NCBI RefSeq assembly: GCF_006345805.1
Contig: NC_043005.1
Coordinates: 101,990,001-102,054,000, forward strand
Length of the DNA stretch: 64,000 bases
Source of the DNA: Octopus sinensis
Lineage: Eukaryota
Reading direction: 5' to 3'
Positions within the stretch are counted from its first letter, which is position 1. Every line of letters starts with the position of its first letter. This document shows, piece by piece, positions 24,134-38,640 of the stretch. The notes beneath the pieces are model-generated. The model was given only the letters and a program-made list of their open reading frames with translations. It searched no databases and was not told where the DNA came from. Made by a program: the position numbers and the translations under genes.

Positions 24134-25964
24134 TAAAACTATGGGATATAAAGGGAATATTAAGACGAAAACATTATTATACAGTGTGTGAGGAAAATAA
24201 GATTTTATACTATAAAAAGAATTGCATTATTTAAATTAAAATGTTCGTTTATACAGCAACGATAAATTACATGGCTGCATGTAGATATCCTTTTCCAACA
24301 ACTGTTTATCATAATTCTTTTATCCATAAACTAGTAATTAAGTTTCAGTTAGTTATGTAAATATTGCAGGGATTTGTTTTAAATTTTCCTACTGTATTCC
24401 GTTTATGCTGCAATGTAAGAGTTTCTATTTAATCCGCATATGAAAGGTGGTAGCGAAATATATTATGTTTCTTATTACAGTTGTGGAGGACATTATATCT
24501 AGTTGTTTAGTATTACGTTTTAGTATTGAGAAATGGTAGGAAATATCTTTCTGTTTGACTCTAAAAATTCGTGTATTAATATGTGATATGGGAGTGACTA
24601 TACTTATTAAAAGACGATATATCTGGAAAATTTACTATGGTAAACTATGAAAAGTTAGTAGTACTTTTGTTTAACATATGGTGATATTTATGTAGCTAGT
24701 GGAAGTATTTTCTTTATAATTTGTAATAGTGGTTTTCTACAATAGTGATGTTTTAGCTTTCCGATTACAAAGTAATTCGACCAATCTCTGATCTTTTCTT
24801 AATTTGTGGTACGCTTTGTACATCTTTTAATCTAAAAATATTCATTTTCTAAAGTATATCTATCTTCGATCGGAATGTCATTATTGCAAGTGGTCGCATT
24901 ATTAAAAATATGCCTCCATTGAAAAGTTAGGGATTATAAAAGATATATCTTAATCATTTTAATAGCAATTTTTGGATGATATGTTTGTTTACAAAGGTAG
25001 GCTATTTCTTTTGTTTAATATATACACAAAATGGTGAATTACTCCAGTGTAGGATAGCAAATAAGAACCTGCAATCTAAGTATTTTGTTGATATGTTATT
25101 TTAAAGCAATAGGTCTTTTTAATAAAAGGCAGTTCAATTTTAGTTGATTATTTCTCTTAAGAGATGATGTTTAGATGTAAGAGGCAGTAATCTGGATAAA
25201 GCGCCTCTTGTAACGAAACGAATTATAGATTTTGCTTTAAAAGTCATTACCAACTTTCTGACCTCTCTTTCATTGGAGTTAATTAAATAAAAGTTTTATT
25301 CCTCTTGGAATTTGGTTTATGATCTGTAATGCAAAAATTTGAGTATTTCGGTACGAGGGGGTTTCAGTAACCACTAATATCGAATTTCGATGATGAGTTC
25401 GATCTTCGATATTTTTATTGGGTTAAATGTACATTAGTTTACTTTACTCTGAGTGATGCTTAAGTTTTCGATGTGTATTCTCAAATGCTTATTTATTAAT
25501 TACTTCAACGCATTCAGATTTGATTAACAGGATATATAATTACTGAAAACGTTTTATGTCGCAGACATTTGGATAAATTTCGTCTGGAATTCGTTTTATT
25601 GTTTTTTTAATAACAGTTAATGTTCGAATTTGTATAACAAAGCATCATTGTTCCGTTATTTATAAGTTTTAAAAACAATTTTTTGTTTGTAAGTTAATTG
25701 TTATAAATTATTCCTTCCAACATATTCTTCTGATAATTTTGGCAGTCACCTGTAATAAATATTAGTGTAAAACACACACACGGACACACACACAGACACA
25801 TACAGACACACATATACATACCCACATACACAAACACTAATTTACACACACACAAACACATCAATCATATACAAACACGATGTAAACCCCATCATAATAC
25901 TCAAAATATCTTAAATTTAGTTACCCACTGAATGTAACGTAAAACAAAGCATGTTAAACTTAAT

Positions 25965-26031
<67 letters not shown>

Positions 26032-26376
26032 GTGTGTGTGTGTGTGTGTGTGTGAATACATATATATGTATATATGTATGTATATATATATATATGCATC
26101 CATGTGCGTGCACTTGTGCTTCAGAGTATATGTACATGTAGGCACGCATACATATATACGCGTATATGCGCATATCATTAATATTGTCTTTCATCCAGCC
26201 TTTCTATACAACATGTGAGTTTATGCTAACGATATTGGAGCATACATGCATCTGTTTAATCTCTGCATGTGCATACGTAAATAACTTCGAATGCGTTCAT
26301 ACATAAAAAGGCGCTATCGATTTAAGCACACACCTCACACACATTGAAGCAGCAGCGCATCAAAATACATACTTAT

Positions 26377-26410
<34 letters not shown>

Positions 26411-26589
26411 GTATATACATGCACACACATGCATATTTGCGTGTGCTTGTGCGTGTATTATCATACACTTGCACACATACACACACACATATTTGCATAC
26501 ATCTATGCATGCATATGTGCCATTAATAGTGGACGCACATAGTAGGGAGATAGACATAGTGAAATTAAATCTGAACTGGTGTCAGATGA

Positions 26590-27198
<609 letters not shown>

Positions 27199-28187
27199 GC
27201 ACATGGTGATTTTGTATTCTACTAATGGCGGAGGTCTGGTCGTGTGAAGTCCTTTGTTCGCATGTGAGTAGCGAGTTTGCGGCATCATCTCAACAAGTGC
27301 ACCACGATGACGATGATACATTTAGCACAAAGAACACACGCTAACACAGCCTACACATCCGATGTTGAATAATATATTACCATTATACTTGTCATAATTG
27401 ATCGCTGCCGATCGGCAAGCTGGCACCCGGCCATTCTATTCTACATTTTCACTCCTACCGAAATAATACCTTGGCAATAACGAACCAAGCAATCGACCAA
27501 CTTAAAGCCAGTCGTTTTTACCAGCAGCCAGCTAGCTAGCCATCATGTCGGTCGACCACTACTCCGGCTTGCTTTCCGGACGCACGCCTCTATGAATATA
27601 AACACATGCGTACACACACACATATACAGACTAACCAAATAAGCAGTGTCTCACACACACACACGCACGCAAACACACACATGTGATCGTGTGTTTGTGT
27701 GTGTGTAAGTACAAGCATAGAATGATCTGATCTATAAGGCGCTCTCATATTTCTATTTTATTATATCCATGTATGTAGATACGAAAAGCTCAAATTATGT
27801 ATAAGCTCATACAAACACACTACTGCGCATATTTGAAGATGAAGGTAGATGCATATATATTCACTCTCAAATCTCAACCAATTTCAGCTAGAAGTACACA
27901 TACATACATACATACATACATACATACATACATACATACATACATACAGGCATACATACATACATACATACATACATATAGGCATGCATACATACATACA
28001 TACATACATATATACATACATACATACATACATACATACATACAGGCATGCATACATACATACATACATATATACATACATACATAAATACATACAGGCA
28101 TGCATACATACATACATACATATATACATACATACATATATACATACATATTTACATACATATATACATACATACGTACATACATAT

Positions 28188-28220
<33 letters not shown>

Positions 28221-28257
28221 TATATATTCTTCTATATCGTTCTATTTATGTATCTAT

Positions 28258-28303
<46 letters not shown>

Positions 28304-28757
28304 CCTGTGTATGTGTGTGTAGGTGCATGGGTTTGTATGAGTGTGAGTGGGTATATCTATATCTACATATATATGTGTGTGTGTGTGTACGCATACATAA
28401 TTCAGCTGAAGGTAGAGCGGATTCTGTTCACCCGAACACTAAAGACCTTCCCCGTGACGCATGAGTCGAAGTAATTAGACAATTCCAAAGAAGACGTGCT
28501 GAGCAAGTCGTGTTACCTGGAAGTGTCTTTGATTAGATAGATCTGGGTAAAAAGGGTTGTGTGCAGGATACAGCAGGGTGGCGGACATAGATTCAGTGTT
28601 ACTCGGAGATCTTGAGAACTGTTCGTCCGATACCAGCCAAGAGCGAGGAGAAAGTTATAGTGAACATGATATATGTTCGACCCAGAGTTCGGGTATCAGG
28701 AAGAGTAACCTTATGACAATCACTTGTGCTCTTTTGAAGAAGCAGTTTTATTGTGTA

Positions 28758-29141
28758 CTAGCAGTATCGCCCGGCGTTGCTCAGGTTTGTAAGGGAAATA
28801 ACTATAAAGCATTTTTAGAGAGTTATAGCCAAAAAATAGCAAAAAAATGGAAAAAAAATGATGGTAAATTTTTTTTTAGAGTTAAAAAAGGTGGAGTTGC
28901 GTCCCCTAGACGGTCTGTGGTTTGGGTTTCTGATTCTCGACCCCATGTCGAATTTATCGATTTTTTTCAGAACTGGGGGAACTTTTCAAAATTTTCGCTG
29001 CGTTAGTTTTGAATTATGACATTGGGCTATGTGTGTGTCAAGTTTCATCAGAATCGGTTGAAAGCCGTGGTCAGAGTGAGGGTACGAGAAAACAGACACA
29101 CAGAAAACGCACAGACAAACTGCCGTTTATATAGAGAGAGA
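28758..29141 (-). mobile_element. Non-autonomous Helitron
   Basis: Minus strand begins A|TC, ends with hairpin CCTGAGCAACGCCGGG followed by ..CTGCTAG|T; no TSD. Confidence 0.8.
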
Positions 29142-29590
29142 TGTGTATAGCAACAGTATGTCTCCCATGTGGCTTCATACAATATTTTGAATCACAGACC
29201 AGCAGGGTATTTTGGGGAAATATTCTAGTTTGAAAGAGGTGGAGGTATCTCAGTGTAGGTATGTACATATATATGTGTGCATGTATATATGTATGTTTGC
29301 TTATATATATGGACATACAGAGACATATATGTGTATTACATAAAATACAATATTATTGATATAAATATATATGTGTGTGTGTGTGTTTGTGTGTTTGTGT
29401 GAGTGTATATATATGTATACACTCATATACTTACATACATATAGACGTACATATATAATTATAGATATAATTATATATATATACACACACATACATAACC
29501 TTCTATGCAATTATGGCTGTGTGTGGGCATATACATACATTCATACAAACATATACATACATATATCTATCTATCTATATATCTATCTAC

Positions 29591-29654
<64 letters not shown>

Positions 29655-29670
29655 TATCTATCTATCTATC

Positions 29671-29728
<58 letters not shown>

Positions 29729-29742
29729 CTATCTATATATAT

Positions 29743-29793
<51 letters not shown>

Positions 29794-30849
29794 ACATGTG
29801 TCTGTCATGTACGTATACTGACTATCATCCTAGTTCTACTGCAGTGTAACTGCATCATCGATATACGGTCGTAAATAAATGCTGTAGAAATAGCATTTTG
29901 GACCGGATATAACACGTCAAGAAAACTATGGACAAATGGCGCTCTACCACGCCATATCTTACCTCTCCACTCACTCATCAGTTACTGTAGATATGCAAAT
30001 TATAATTCCAGTAAGATTTGCTTCAATAATCGTCTCTTATTTGGAGATGACAGCGCACGGCCTTCCTTTAGAATAACCGATACTATAATCGTGATATTGC
30101 TAAGCATATATTTAGATATAGGTTTAGACTAATACAATAGTTAGTCGATATTCTGTACTGTTTTATTCATGTATGATTCAGTCAAATTAGATGCTGCTGA
30201 CTTTCTCTGTATACCGTACATTACTGAAAAGCATGATCGTTTTACAAAACATCTCTTAAGTTTTTCACATTTTGCTTTATTTGTGTGCATGTGTGCTGAT
30301 AGAAATATAAAGGGATGGTGTGTGTCGGTGAGTGTTTCACATGATCCGTATTGCAAGGAAATCAAAACGTAAACCGAAATTATATACCTGTTAACGCTGG
30401 AACTATATTTGCAAATAACACTACGTTCCGAACCACAGTATTCAGGTAATGTTGCGTTTCTGATTAGCGAACATTGTATCCAGACAATGAGTGAACTTTT
30501 ACGGGATCGCATGATCTCTCAAAATTGAATTTTCTATGTAGAAAGAGGTTCTATGGTGGACGAGACCGAAGACTAGCGCATCCCCTTCGACCACATCACC
30601 ATCAACTTTCTGAAGCTTCACTGAATAAAAAGATGAGGATGGAGAGGAAGACACTGTTCCCCCCAACAGATAGAGTATATTCTCCTAAAGGTGAGTGTAG
30701 CGAATGTGGTACTCTGAGCATACACCTTGAGACCATCAAACCATTAGTGCGTGAGGGCTATTGCCCATGTACGCTAGGAACATTGATGCTTGATAGGAGT
30801 TCCTTGACTTGCTGTGAGTGGCTCTTTTCTCGGTAACTGAGTTTGTTAG

Positions 30850-31255
30850 AATCTTGTTGTTAATTATTTTCATTATTTGTTTGTTCCGTATCATATAAAA
30901 CCTCACACTGTTTTGTCTACTCTGCACATGAAGACAACATGATCAATGGTTTCATCTTGTTGTTTACATACACGACATGCTGGTCTATTGCCGTTCTTTA
31001 ATATGTTGGTCTGGTAGGCATTGATCTTGGGCTGTTATAATAAACCATTCTGCTTTTGATTTTAAGCCAGAATAAATTAACCATTGATGGGTAAGGGCTT
31101 TGTCAACATCGCCATTATTAGCTCTTTGTGGGTATTTGTTATTGCGAGGTTTTTCTTGCCATTTATCAGTAAGAATATCTAACGCAGCATTTTTAGCACG
31201 GGTTTTCACACGCTTAGTTCTTTTCTGTGCTCGTTTCCTGTACGTCTAATTCTGG
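30850..31255 (-). mobile_element. R4/Dong-like LINE fragment
   Basis: KWQEKP...THQWL..SGLKSKAEWFIITAQDQCLP followed by CRVCKQQDETIDHVV (CCHC knuckle). Confidence 0.85.
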
Positions 31256-31439
31256 GATTTGTTTTTAGAAATAGGAATTAACATCTATAAATAGCCGAAA
31301 GGGAATCGTACAAGGTTGATGCAAAATAGTGTTGTAAAGCTTTGTAAACAGTTCATGAATCGCTAGGAAGGTATTCAACCAGAAGTTAGGAATTTTTTCC
31401 TTTCCTGGAACTTCCATTTGCTTGATACCCTCCCACTAG

Positions 31440-31650
31440 ATATGGCATTCTGTAAAATACCAGATTTGGATAGCATAGGTTGTCAACAGTTTAAAGTAGT
31501 CGACTACACAGACCACATGTTCGTGATCTGTACAGTCGAGTTAGATAGGCTTCATAGACAGGGACCTGGTTACTCGAAGCGGAACACGTCATTGCCGGCA
31601 GGTAAAGATTTCAGAGACCTTATTAGTGAACTAGTTAAATGTTGACCAAA
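31440..31650 (+). mobile_element. Tx1/L1-like LINE ORF2 fragment (endonuclease end/linker)
   Basis: VDYTDH.FV.C...DRLHRQGPGYSKRNTSL...DFRDLISELVK resembles the SDH...GxGYWKLNxSLL segment of Tx1-type ORF2. Confidence 0.6.
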
Positions 31651-33549
31651 CGATAATCAACAATAAATCGGGGTTCATCCTGAAAATACTGACTGGTATT
31701 TTGTCTGTCTACGTTCTGAGTTCAAATTCCGTCAAGACTGATTTCAACTTTCATTCTTCCGGGATCATGAAATAAGCACCAGTCGATGTACCAACGTTAG
31801 AGCCGATGTAAATCACTGTCTCCTTTACCAAAGTTTTAGACCTTGTACCTGTAATAAAAGAGATTGTAATTATTATTAAAGGCAACGAGCTGGAAGAATC
31901 TTTAACGTGTCGAATAAAATGCTTAGTGGTATGTTTTCTGGCCCTTTATGTTCTGAGTTCAAATCACGCCCTGATTGATTAACGCCCGCAAATAAAATAC
32001 ATTTTCTATTAACACCTTGAAAATAATTTAAAAAAAGACTACTTTTTGAATAAAAGATATAAAACTTTATAAACTATAACATATTTTATTATATCTATTT
32101 AGTGAGATCCCTTATGCAGTTTTGAAAGTTTTTCAACACTATGATCCATAGATTTTAGAGGCAAGCAAAAATACTTCTACTCACAATTTATCACCGATTA
32201 TGAGTTTTTGATACTTGAAAAGACATCCTAGTAAAACCTGACATAGAAGGGCGAGAAGAAGGAAGTGCAATGAAATGTTACTTCCTGTAAAGCGCTGGTT
32301 ATGCCATAGCAATTTCAGTACTTGTCCATAAGTAAATGAGTGCACTATTTAATTTAGCCTGAGCTGTTTGTTTAATCCACAACTCAGGATCTGGTAATGT
32401 TCAGTTCCAGAACTTTCTACACAATTTCCATATGATTTTGCAATTGTGTCAAGTATCCTATGTACACTAAAATTACAACCACCTGCAGCTCCTTAATAGT
32501 CAAGGATTAGAAAATGAATACAGTCTCTATTCCTAATATTTACCTTGTGTAGATTAAGTTTTCCAAGGAAAGGTCGAGTAACGTCTTTGAAAAATGTTTA
32601 TTCTGAAGATGTATTTGTTCAGCAAATTTAGCCTTTAAATATAACAGAAAGTTAGAATATGTTCTAGCTCACAGCTAGGATTTCTTTTCCAAGCTACTTA
32701 CCATTCAGAAACATTGGAACATTGTCCCAAATTCCAACATAAGCAGGCAATTAACCTTAGAGAATGTCACTGGATGTATGCCCTTCAAAGCAGTAACATG
32801 GTAGTTAATTCGTGCAATATTTTCCAATTCCAACATCATACTTTATTGATAAAATATTAATTATAAATTATAAAAATAAATGATAAATAATCAAAGTATG
32901 GAATGAATCCTTTTTTCTATCATGAAGGAACTTAAGATATAGAAAATACAATGCGTATGTGTGTTTATGTAACGTTGTGAATATATTTTGGTGAATTACA
33001 GATAGCAACAGCAAATTTGAGGGACATAGAAGTAACTGTGTATCCCCCATCTCTGTGTCTGTGTTCACTGTTAATTTCCAAGTATTTCTGTGGCCACATC
33101 TAACTTTGTCATGGCCTCTGACTGTGTTGTGTAATGTGAGCATTTCCTCGTGCTGGATGGTGTTCATGTTTCGTATGGGCTGTGTAAAGGGTTTTGTTTT
33201 GCGATATCCAACAGAAAGTTTGAAGAGTATGCCGTGCTGCTGAAGTTAGAGCAATCGGTAAGAACTGGGTAGAAAGAGATTTGGATGAAATGATGATATT
33301 GTTCCGAGTGAGTATCGATTATGTAAATGAGTGTAGGGTTATATTTTTACAAGTTGGTGATTGTATAAAATATGTGCAGTGTTATATTGTTTATTTAATG
33401 TTTAGAATATCTGTTATTTTATATTGTTTGCTGGCGATTCTGTAGAGTATGTTTTGTATGAGTTGTATCTTATTGGCCTGGTGTTATTTTACAGTGTACG
33501 TGCTGTGAGTAGAAGTGTACTGCTTCAGTTATGCTACTAAAACGAATGT

Positions 33550-33870
33550 GGATGCACACGGCCTAGTGGTTAGAGCAGCGGACTCGCGGTCGAGGGATCG
33601 TGGGTTCGAATCTCAGACCGGGCGATGTGTGTGTTTATGAGCGAAAACACCTAAGCTCCACGCGGCTCCGGCAGAAGGTAATGGCGAACTTCTGCTGACT
33701 CTTTCGCCACAACTTTCTTTCACTCTTTCCTCCTGCATCATGCAGCTCACCTGCGACGAACCGGCGTCTCGTCCTGGTGGGGAACCTATACGCCAAGAAA
33801 CCGGGAAACCGGCCCTCCAGAGGCTAGGCATGGCTCGAGAAGGAACAAACAAACAAACAAACAAAAAAAC
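33550..33870 (+). mobile_element. tRNA-derived SINE family C
   Basis: GGCCTAGTGGTTAGAGCAGCGG..GGTTCGAATCTC head and (AAAC)n tail; second copy at 61183. Confidence 0.9.
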
Positions 33871-33944
33871 TAAAACAAAGGTAACTTCATTATTATGTGA
33901 GCTGTACATAGCAGAGCTAATTTTTTCAGATTATATTTGACGTT

Positions 33945-35165
33945 GACAGCTATGGTACTCTTTTTCGGTTCACGGTTCATGTCCTGCTTATTTCAGTTCC
34001 CTGAATTTTTCCACCTTGATTCTTATGATATTTTGGTTACACAGTCATTCAGATGCCTTGATATCCTTGTCAGTCCGGGCAGTCATGTCCCAGATAAATA
34101 CAGCCAGTTCATTGTCATGTACCGCGTTTGTTTCAAATTTATAGCATTTCCGAACCGTTTTTATGTTGAAGTGAAAGGATGGCAAAGACTGGGTTTCGTA
34201 AGACGAGATTAATGGTATTATTGTACTGATTGCACTCTCTGCACTTGCATAATATTTTCATTATTATTGTTTTATATTTTTTTCTTGTACATAAGCATTG
34301 CTTCTGTGAAGCTGATTTCAAACAGTCTGCACTAACTTTTAGTCAGAGATTTTTAGCCATTATTTGGCTTTCACGCTGGTTCGTTTTCTCTTTTATATTG
34401 TGCGCTACTAGATATAACTTGGTTGTTCTTTTGATTTATTCTTTTGGCTCGGAGCATTTTTTGGAAGCAGATTTTGATTCTTCTTTCGTTCTTTCTTTAT
34501 CGTTTCTGCAATTTTGTTCTTATCTAAATCTATTATTTCAGTGCAGGTCGTATCCATTTTGTACAATGCTTTCTTTATACTTAAAATAATTGTTTTATTC
34601 TTCTTTCCTTATTACAAAAATCATATTTACATTCTCTTTTTTTTTTTCTAAGTGTATTTTTAATCCCATTCTCATTATCATGTGATAGTTTCCATTTGTT
34701 TCACACTCTTCTCGATTTACTGCAGGGTAGATGCACCCCATATGTATCAGCCATGAGAAGGTGGCTTAAGTATGCCCTTAGTAGTTTTATGTGTCCTTTC
34801 TGTCTAAGCTCATCAATTAACTTAAATTCCAGTCTACTATATCGAAGCTGTAGTTTCTAAATCAGACGGTTAGTACATTAATATCTTATGTCATATGCTG
34901 AGTTCATTAGAGACTCATCCATTGTACTTTTTCAAACCATTTTCAGTTTCATCTGCTAAATATTCGTATGGAAGTTTCTAGCCTAATTCTCTTATTTCCG
35001 TCGCATATGTATGTGTGTGTAATATAATATTTTCAGTTTCGGTTCACTTTATTAGTTTATAATAGCTATGACATTACCATATCACTTTCAATCTTGTTCC
35101 AATTAGACATCAGTACGTGTAAACAGTGCAAATGCCTTATGATATGGCCGTAGGCGGTGTCATTG
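33945..35165 (-). mobile_element. Decayed R4/Dong-like LINE
   Basis: NAVHDNELAVFIWDMTARTDKDIKA and degraded RT C-terminal motifs; (AAT)n immediately upstream (35180-35230). Confidence 0.7.
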
Positions 35166-35192
35166 AAGCTGCTACTATTGTTATTATTATTA

Positions 35193-35228
<36 letters not shown>

Positions 35229-35231
35229 TAT

Positions 35232-35600
35232 TATTATTATTATTATTATGAAGGCGGCGAGCTTGCAGAATTGTTAGTACAGCGAAAAAAATGCTTAGCG
35301 CCATTTCGTCTGTCTACGTTCTGAGCTCAATTCTCTCGAGGTCGACTTTGTCTTTCAACGTTTCGGGGTTGATAAAATAAGCACCAGATAAAAAAAGTAC
35401 CAGTTCAGCACTAGGGGCTATAGAATCGGCTTACAACCTGCCAAAATTCGAAATCAATATTATTATTATTAAGGCGGTAGCTGGCAGAATTATCAGTACT
35501 CCTGGTAAAATACTTAGCGGCATTTCGTTCGTCTTTACGTTCTGCGTTCACATTCCACCCTGATCGATAATACATTTCATACTTTCGGAGTCGATAAAAA
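35232..35600 (+). mobile_element. Two partial SINE B copies
   Basis: Heads GGCGGCGAGCTTGCAGAA (~35233) and GGCGGTAGCTGGCAGAA (~35473). Confidence 0.8.
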
Positions 35601-35699
35601 GGAGTATGTTGATCTGTGGTGTTGAGCAGAATATTTGATGTGACCCATCTTTTACACCAAGACAAAACATTTATAAGATAGCAGTTCCGATGATAGAAA

Positions 35700-38290
35700 A
35701 TCAGAAGTCACGAAAGCGACGGCCTGGTATTGTATCAGAGTTCACGGTAATTTAGTTACAAGTTATCTTATTTTGATGATTGATGACAAGTTTCCTGAAA
35801 TCTCAAGAATCTTCCTTGGAATTCCTTCAGAATTTAGGAATGTACTTTGATGCGTTCGACAATGAAAGTTTCAATTCCAATCGCTTTCATTCTCTTAGAC
35901 GGTATGATTGGTGTTGAGCCAAGTAAGCAAATTGCTACTGGACAAATTGTTGTCCTGTTCTTCAACAGTATCCACGGCCCTCTGGCTACATCCTAACATT
36001 TCTCAATATTTTAAAAAATTACTTTGGAATTTACAAGATCTCTGACCATACAGTCTTTATTTTATCATCTATGATTATATCCAGTCTTCTGGTAAGACTT
36101 TATTGGAAATTCCACAAAATCTTGTAATTTTCATTTTCTATCACAACCTAAGTTTCGTGTACATACCACTGTTTTGTTTCTAAGCCACGCACTCAGCCAA
36201 CATTCCAATGTACTCTTTAGCCTACACAATCATGTCTGCGCTTATACTCTTTTTGTGCTACTTTACTGCACCCATTCAAAACACGACTGATACTTCCGTC
36301 TCCTTTCCTGCATATTCTAGATTTGCCGTCTAGCTGTTTTTTTTTAGGCTTTGCTTTTATTGGATATGTTCTAAGGGATTGTTCCTGATCCGCAATAATT
36401 AGCGTTTCTATCTCTCATTTCAAATTTCCTTTCCTCGGCGAGAACCAGCGGTCTTTATTTCGAGCGTTCTTGGTTTGTTGCTTGAATTGGCCGTGCAATT
36501 CCACTTCTTTCCATTTATTTATCCTGCTGCTTCCTTTTCCTTTCCTCTTGGAATTCTCCTACTGTTTCAGTTAATTTTTGGTTATCTCTGGCTACTGATA
36601 GTATTCTTTTAATCTTCACAACATAAACTTTTAGACCCAGTTTGCAGTATTAATAGTGTCTTCGGAGCTTAGTAATCTTCTGCCATCTTCCAATTTTCGT
36701 AGGAAGAGTCGGTCGGTATTGAGTTGTGCATTGTGAGCAGCATTCTAGTTCTTCAGTTCATGTTCTGTAGCTCGACCTTTATTCACATTAGAAAGCGGGG
36801 AGAATGTCTCGCTAATAGCATAGCTCATGTATTTATGGCTTTCATGGTATTTCTTTTATTTAATTTTGTTTCGAATATCTTCCTAATTCTCCTCTAATAC
36901 TCTTTAGTGACTTTCTCTCTTATCTCTCCTTTCATTATGCTACCGTCTTGCAACTCTCCTAGATAGTCGTACCACTCATTATTCCACAGCAATCTAATGA
37001 CGTATCGTAGTAATTTCATGTCGCCAGAGTTTACTTCCGGCCTCTCTTCATAATCACTACTGAGCATTTCCTCGGTGTTGCATTTCCTGCGCATTCAGTA
37101 AAAAATGCTTGTTTATAACTATGTATACTTGGGACATTCTTGATTTAGAAACTCGGGAGAGCATTTGCTTTGGGTAATTTCAAGTTTGGTAATTTCTAAA
37201 TTATTTCCTTTACGTTCTTATACGTGATTGTTATATTTCCTTGCATCTCTCCAACTTCTATTTTTCTTTTAAATGTTCGTACCGAGCCTTCTGTTATATT
37301 ATGTTGGACTTCTTTGCTCCAGATTTCTGCCCTGAATTTCCTTTCTTCTTCAGCATCTGACATATCACTTCCCTGATGTTCTTTTTCCTTGCTGAGTTCT
37401 TTATAGAATTTTCTTTAGCTGCTCTTGAAAAGTCTATTCTACTGGTACTGACGTATTCTCTGTTGGTATTTCTTTTCACTTTACCCGACACTGCTTGCAT
37501 TCCTTATCTTAATTCCTTTTTAACTACTAACAGTCCTTTGTATCTCATTTTGTACTTCGTTTGTAGTTCGTTGTGTCTTTCCCTCACTCTCTTCTTTTCT
37601 ATGATTGCATGTAAGCCTCTCGCTTGCGCGCCATTGTCCCCATGGGGATTTTTTTCTCACTTTTAACTCCAAGATTTTGACAGCAACAGAGACTGCGCAG
37701 AATGTAAAGATCTGTTTTGCTTTCGATGGAGATTTTTGTTAATATTTCTCCAACATTTTCATGACTTCACATCGCGTTTCTCTTTCAAATCCTTCTTTCT
37801 TTTACTGCTTCACGCTTTATTCGGTAGTAAGCTTCTTTCTTACTCTGTAATAGCCTTTATCTCAACGAAGCAAAGTTTACCATCATCCCAGCAGCTGTTT
37901 CTTTTGTGGTTTTGTTCTGCCTTTGTTCTTCGTTTTCATCGTAGTCACGTTCATAGTCTTTTGCTGTTGTGGAGATCTCCTCCAGTTCCAACAACGATAG
38001 CTCCTTACTTTTCCTGATTTAATTTCTTTGGTCTAGAAGTATTTGCTCCATGATAGGGAACATGGCTTTCTCTGTCCAAACCTCATAAATTTTCTTTTTC
38101 CAGTATCCTCCTTTGGCAGGTTCGCTTCTGTAATAGCTTTCTGTAACGATCCTGTTGTCATTTTCTTCTAACCCTTGTAGCGGTATTTAGGTAACGACCA
38201 GGTCGACCCTGCGGTGCGATGGAACTTTTGCTGTGCAAGACACTTTCACCCGGGGCTCAGGTGTCTTGAACGCAGTTGTGATGACTATTA
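35700..38290 (-). mobile_element. Long, heavily decayed R4/Dong-like LINE including its N-terminal region
   Basis: GRPGRYLNTATRVRRK..RGYW N-terminal motif, ELHGQF...ETLIIADQEQSLRT, CSKVAQKEYKRRHD, ENENYKILWNFQ; numerous stops and frameshifts. Confidence 0.8.
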
Positions 38291-38339
38291 TTTGGCATTA
38301 CACTCATAAAGTGTACTCTGTTGGTGAAGTGTCACAAAC

Positions 38340-38640
38340 TCCTCCTCCTCCTCCACTGCCGCCAACGCCACCACCGCCACCGCCACCGCCGCCAATACCA
38401 CCACCACCACCACCACCACCAACAAAACCACCACCACCATCATCACCATCACCATCATCATCATCATAATCATCACCACCATCACCATCACCACCATCAT
38501 CATCATCATCGTCATCATCATCACCATCACCATCACCATCACCATCATCATCATCATCCTCATCATCATCATATCCATCCTCATCATCATCATCATCACC
38601 ACCACCACCACCACCACCATCATCATCATCATTATCATCA
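38340..38640. repeat. (CAC)n/(CAT)n microsatellite
   Basis: Direct reading. A comparable (TTC)n/(TTG)n block lies at 41560-41900. Confidence 0.95.

Noticed and set aside
24150-25750. Strand-biased AT-rich tract suggestive of an old minus-strand LINE/Penelope ORF (similar at 32300-33540)
   Set aside because: No diagnostic motif could be read with confidence.
29963-29984. 22-nt minus-strand micro-exon (could encode a start MSEWR)
   Set aside because: Too short to distinguish from chance.
38232-38270. Hairpin CAAGACAC...GTGTCTTG enclosing CTGAG...GAAA at the 5' end of the long R4-like element
   Set aside because: Lacks CUGANGA and stem III; I could not fit an HDV-like pseudoknot by eye.
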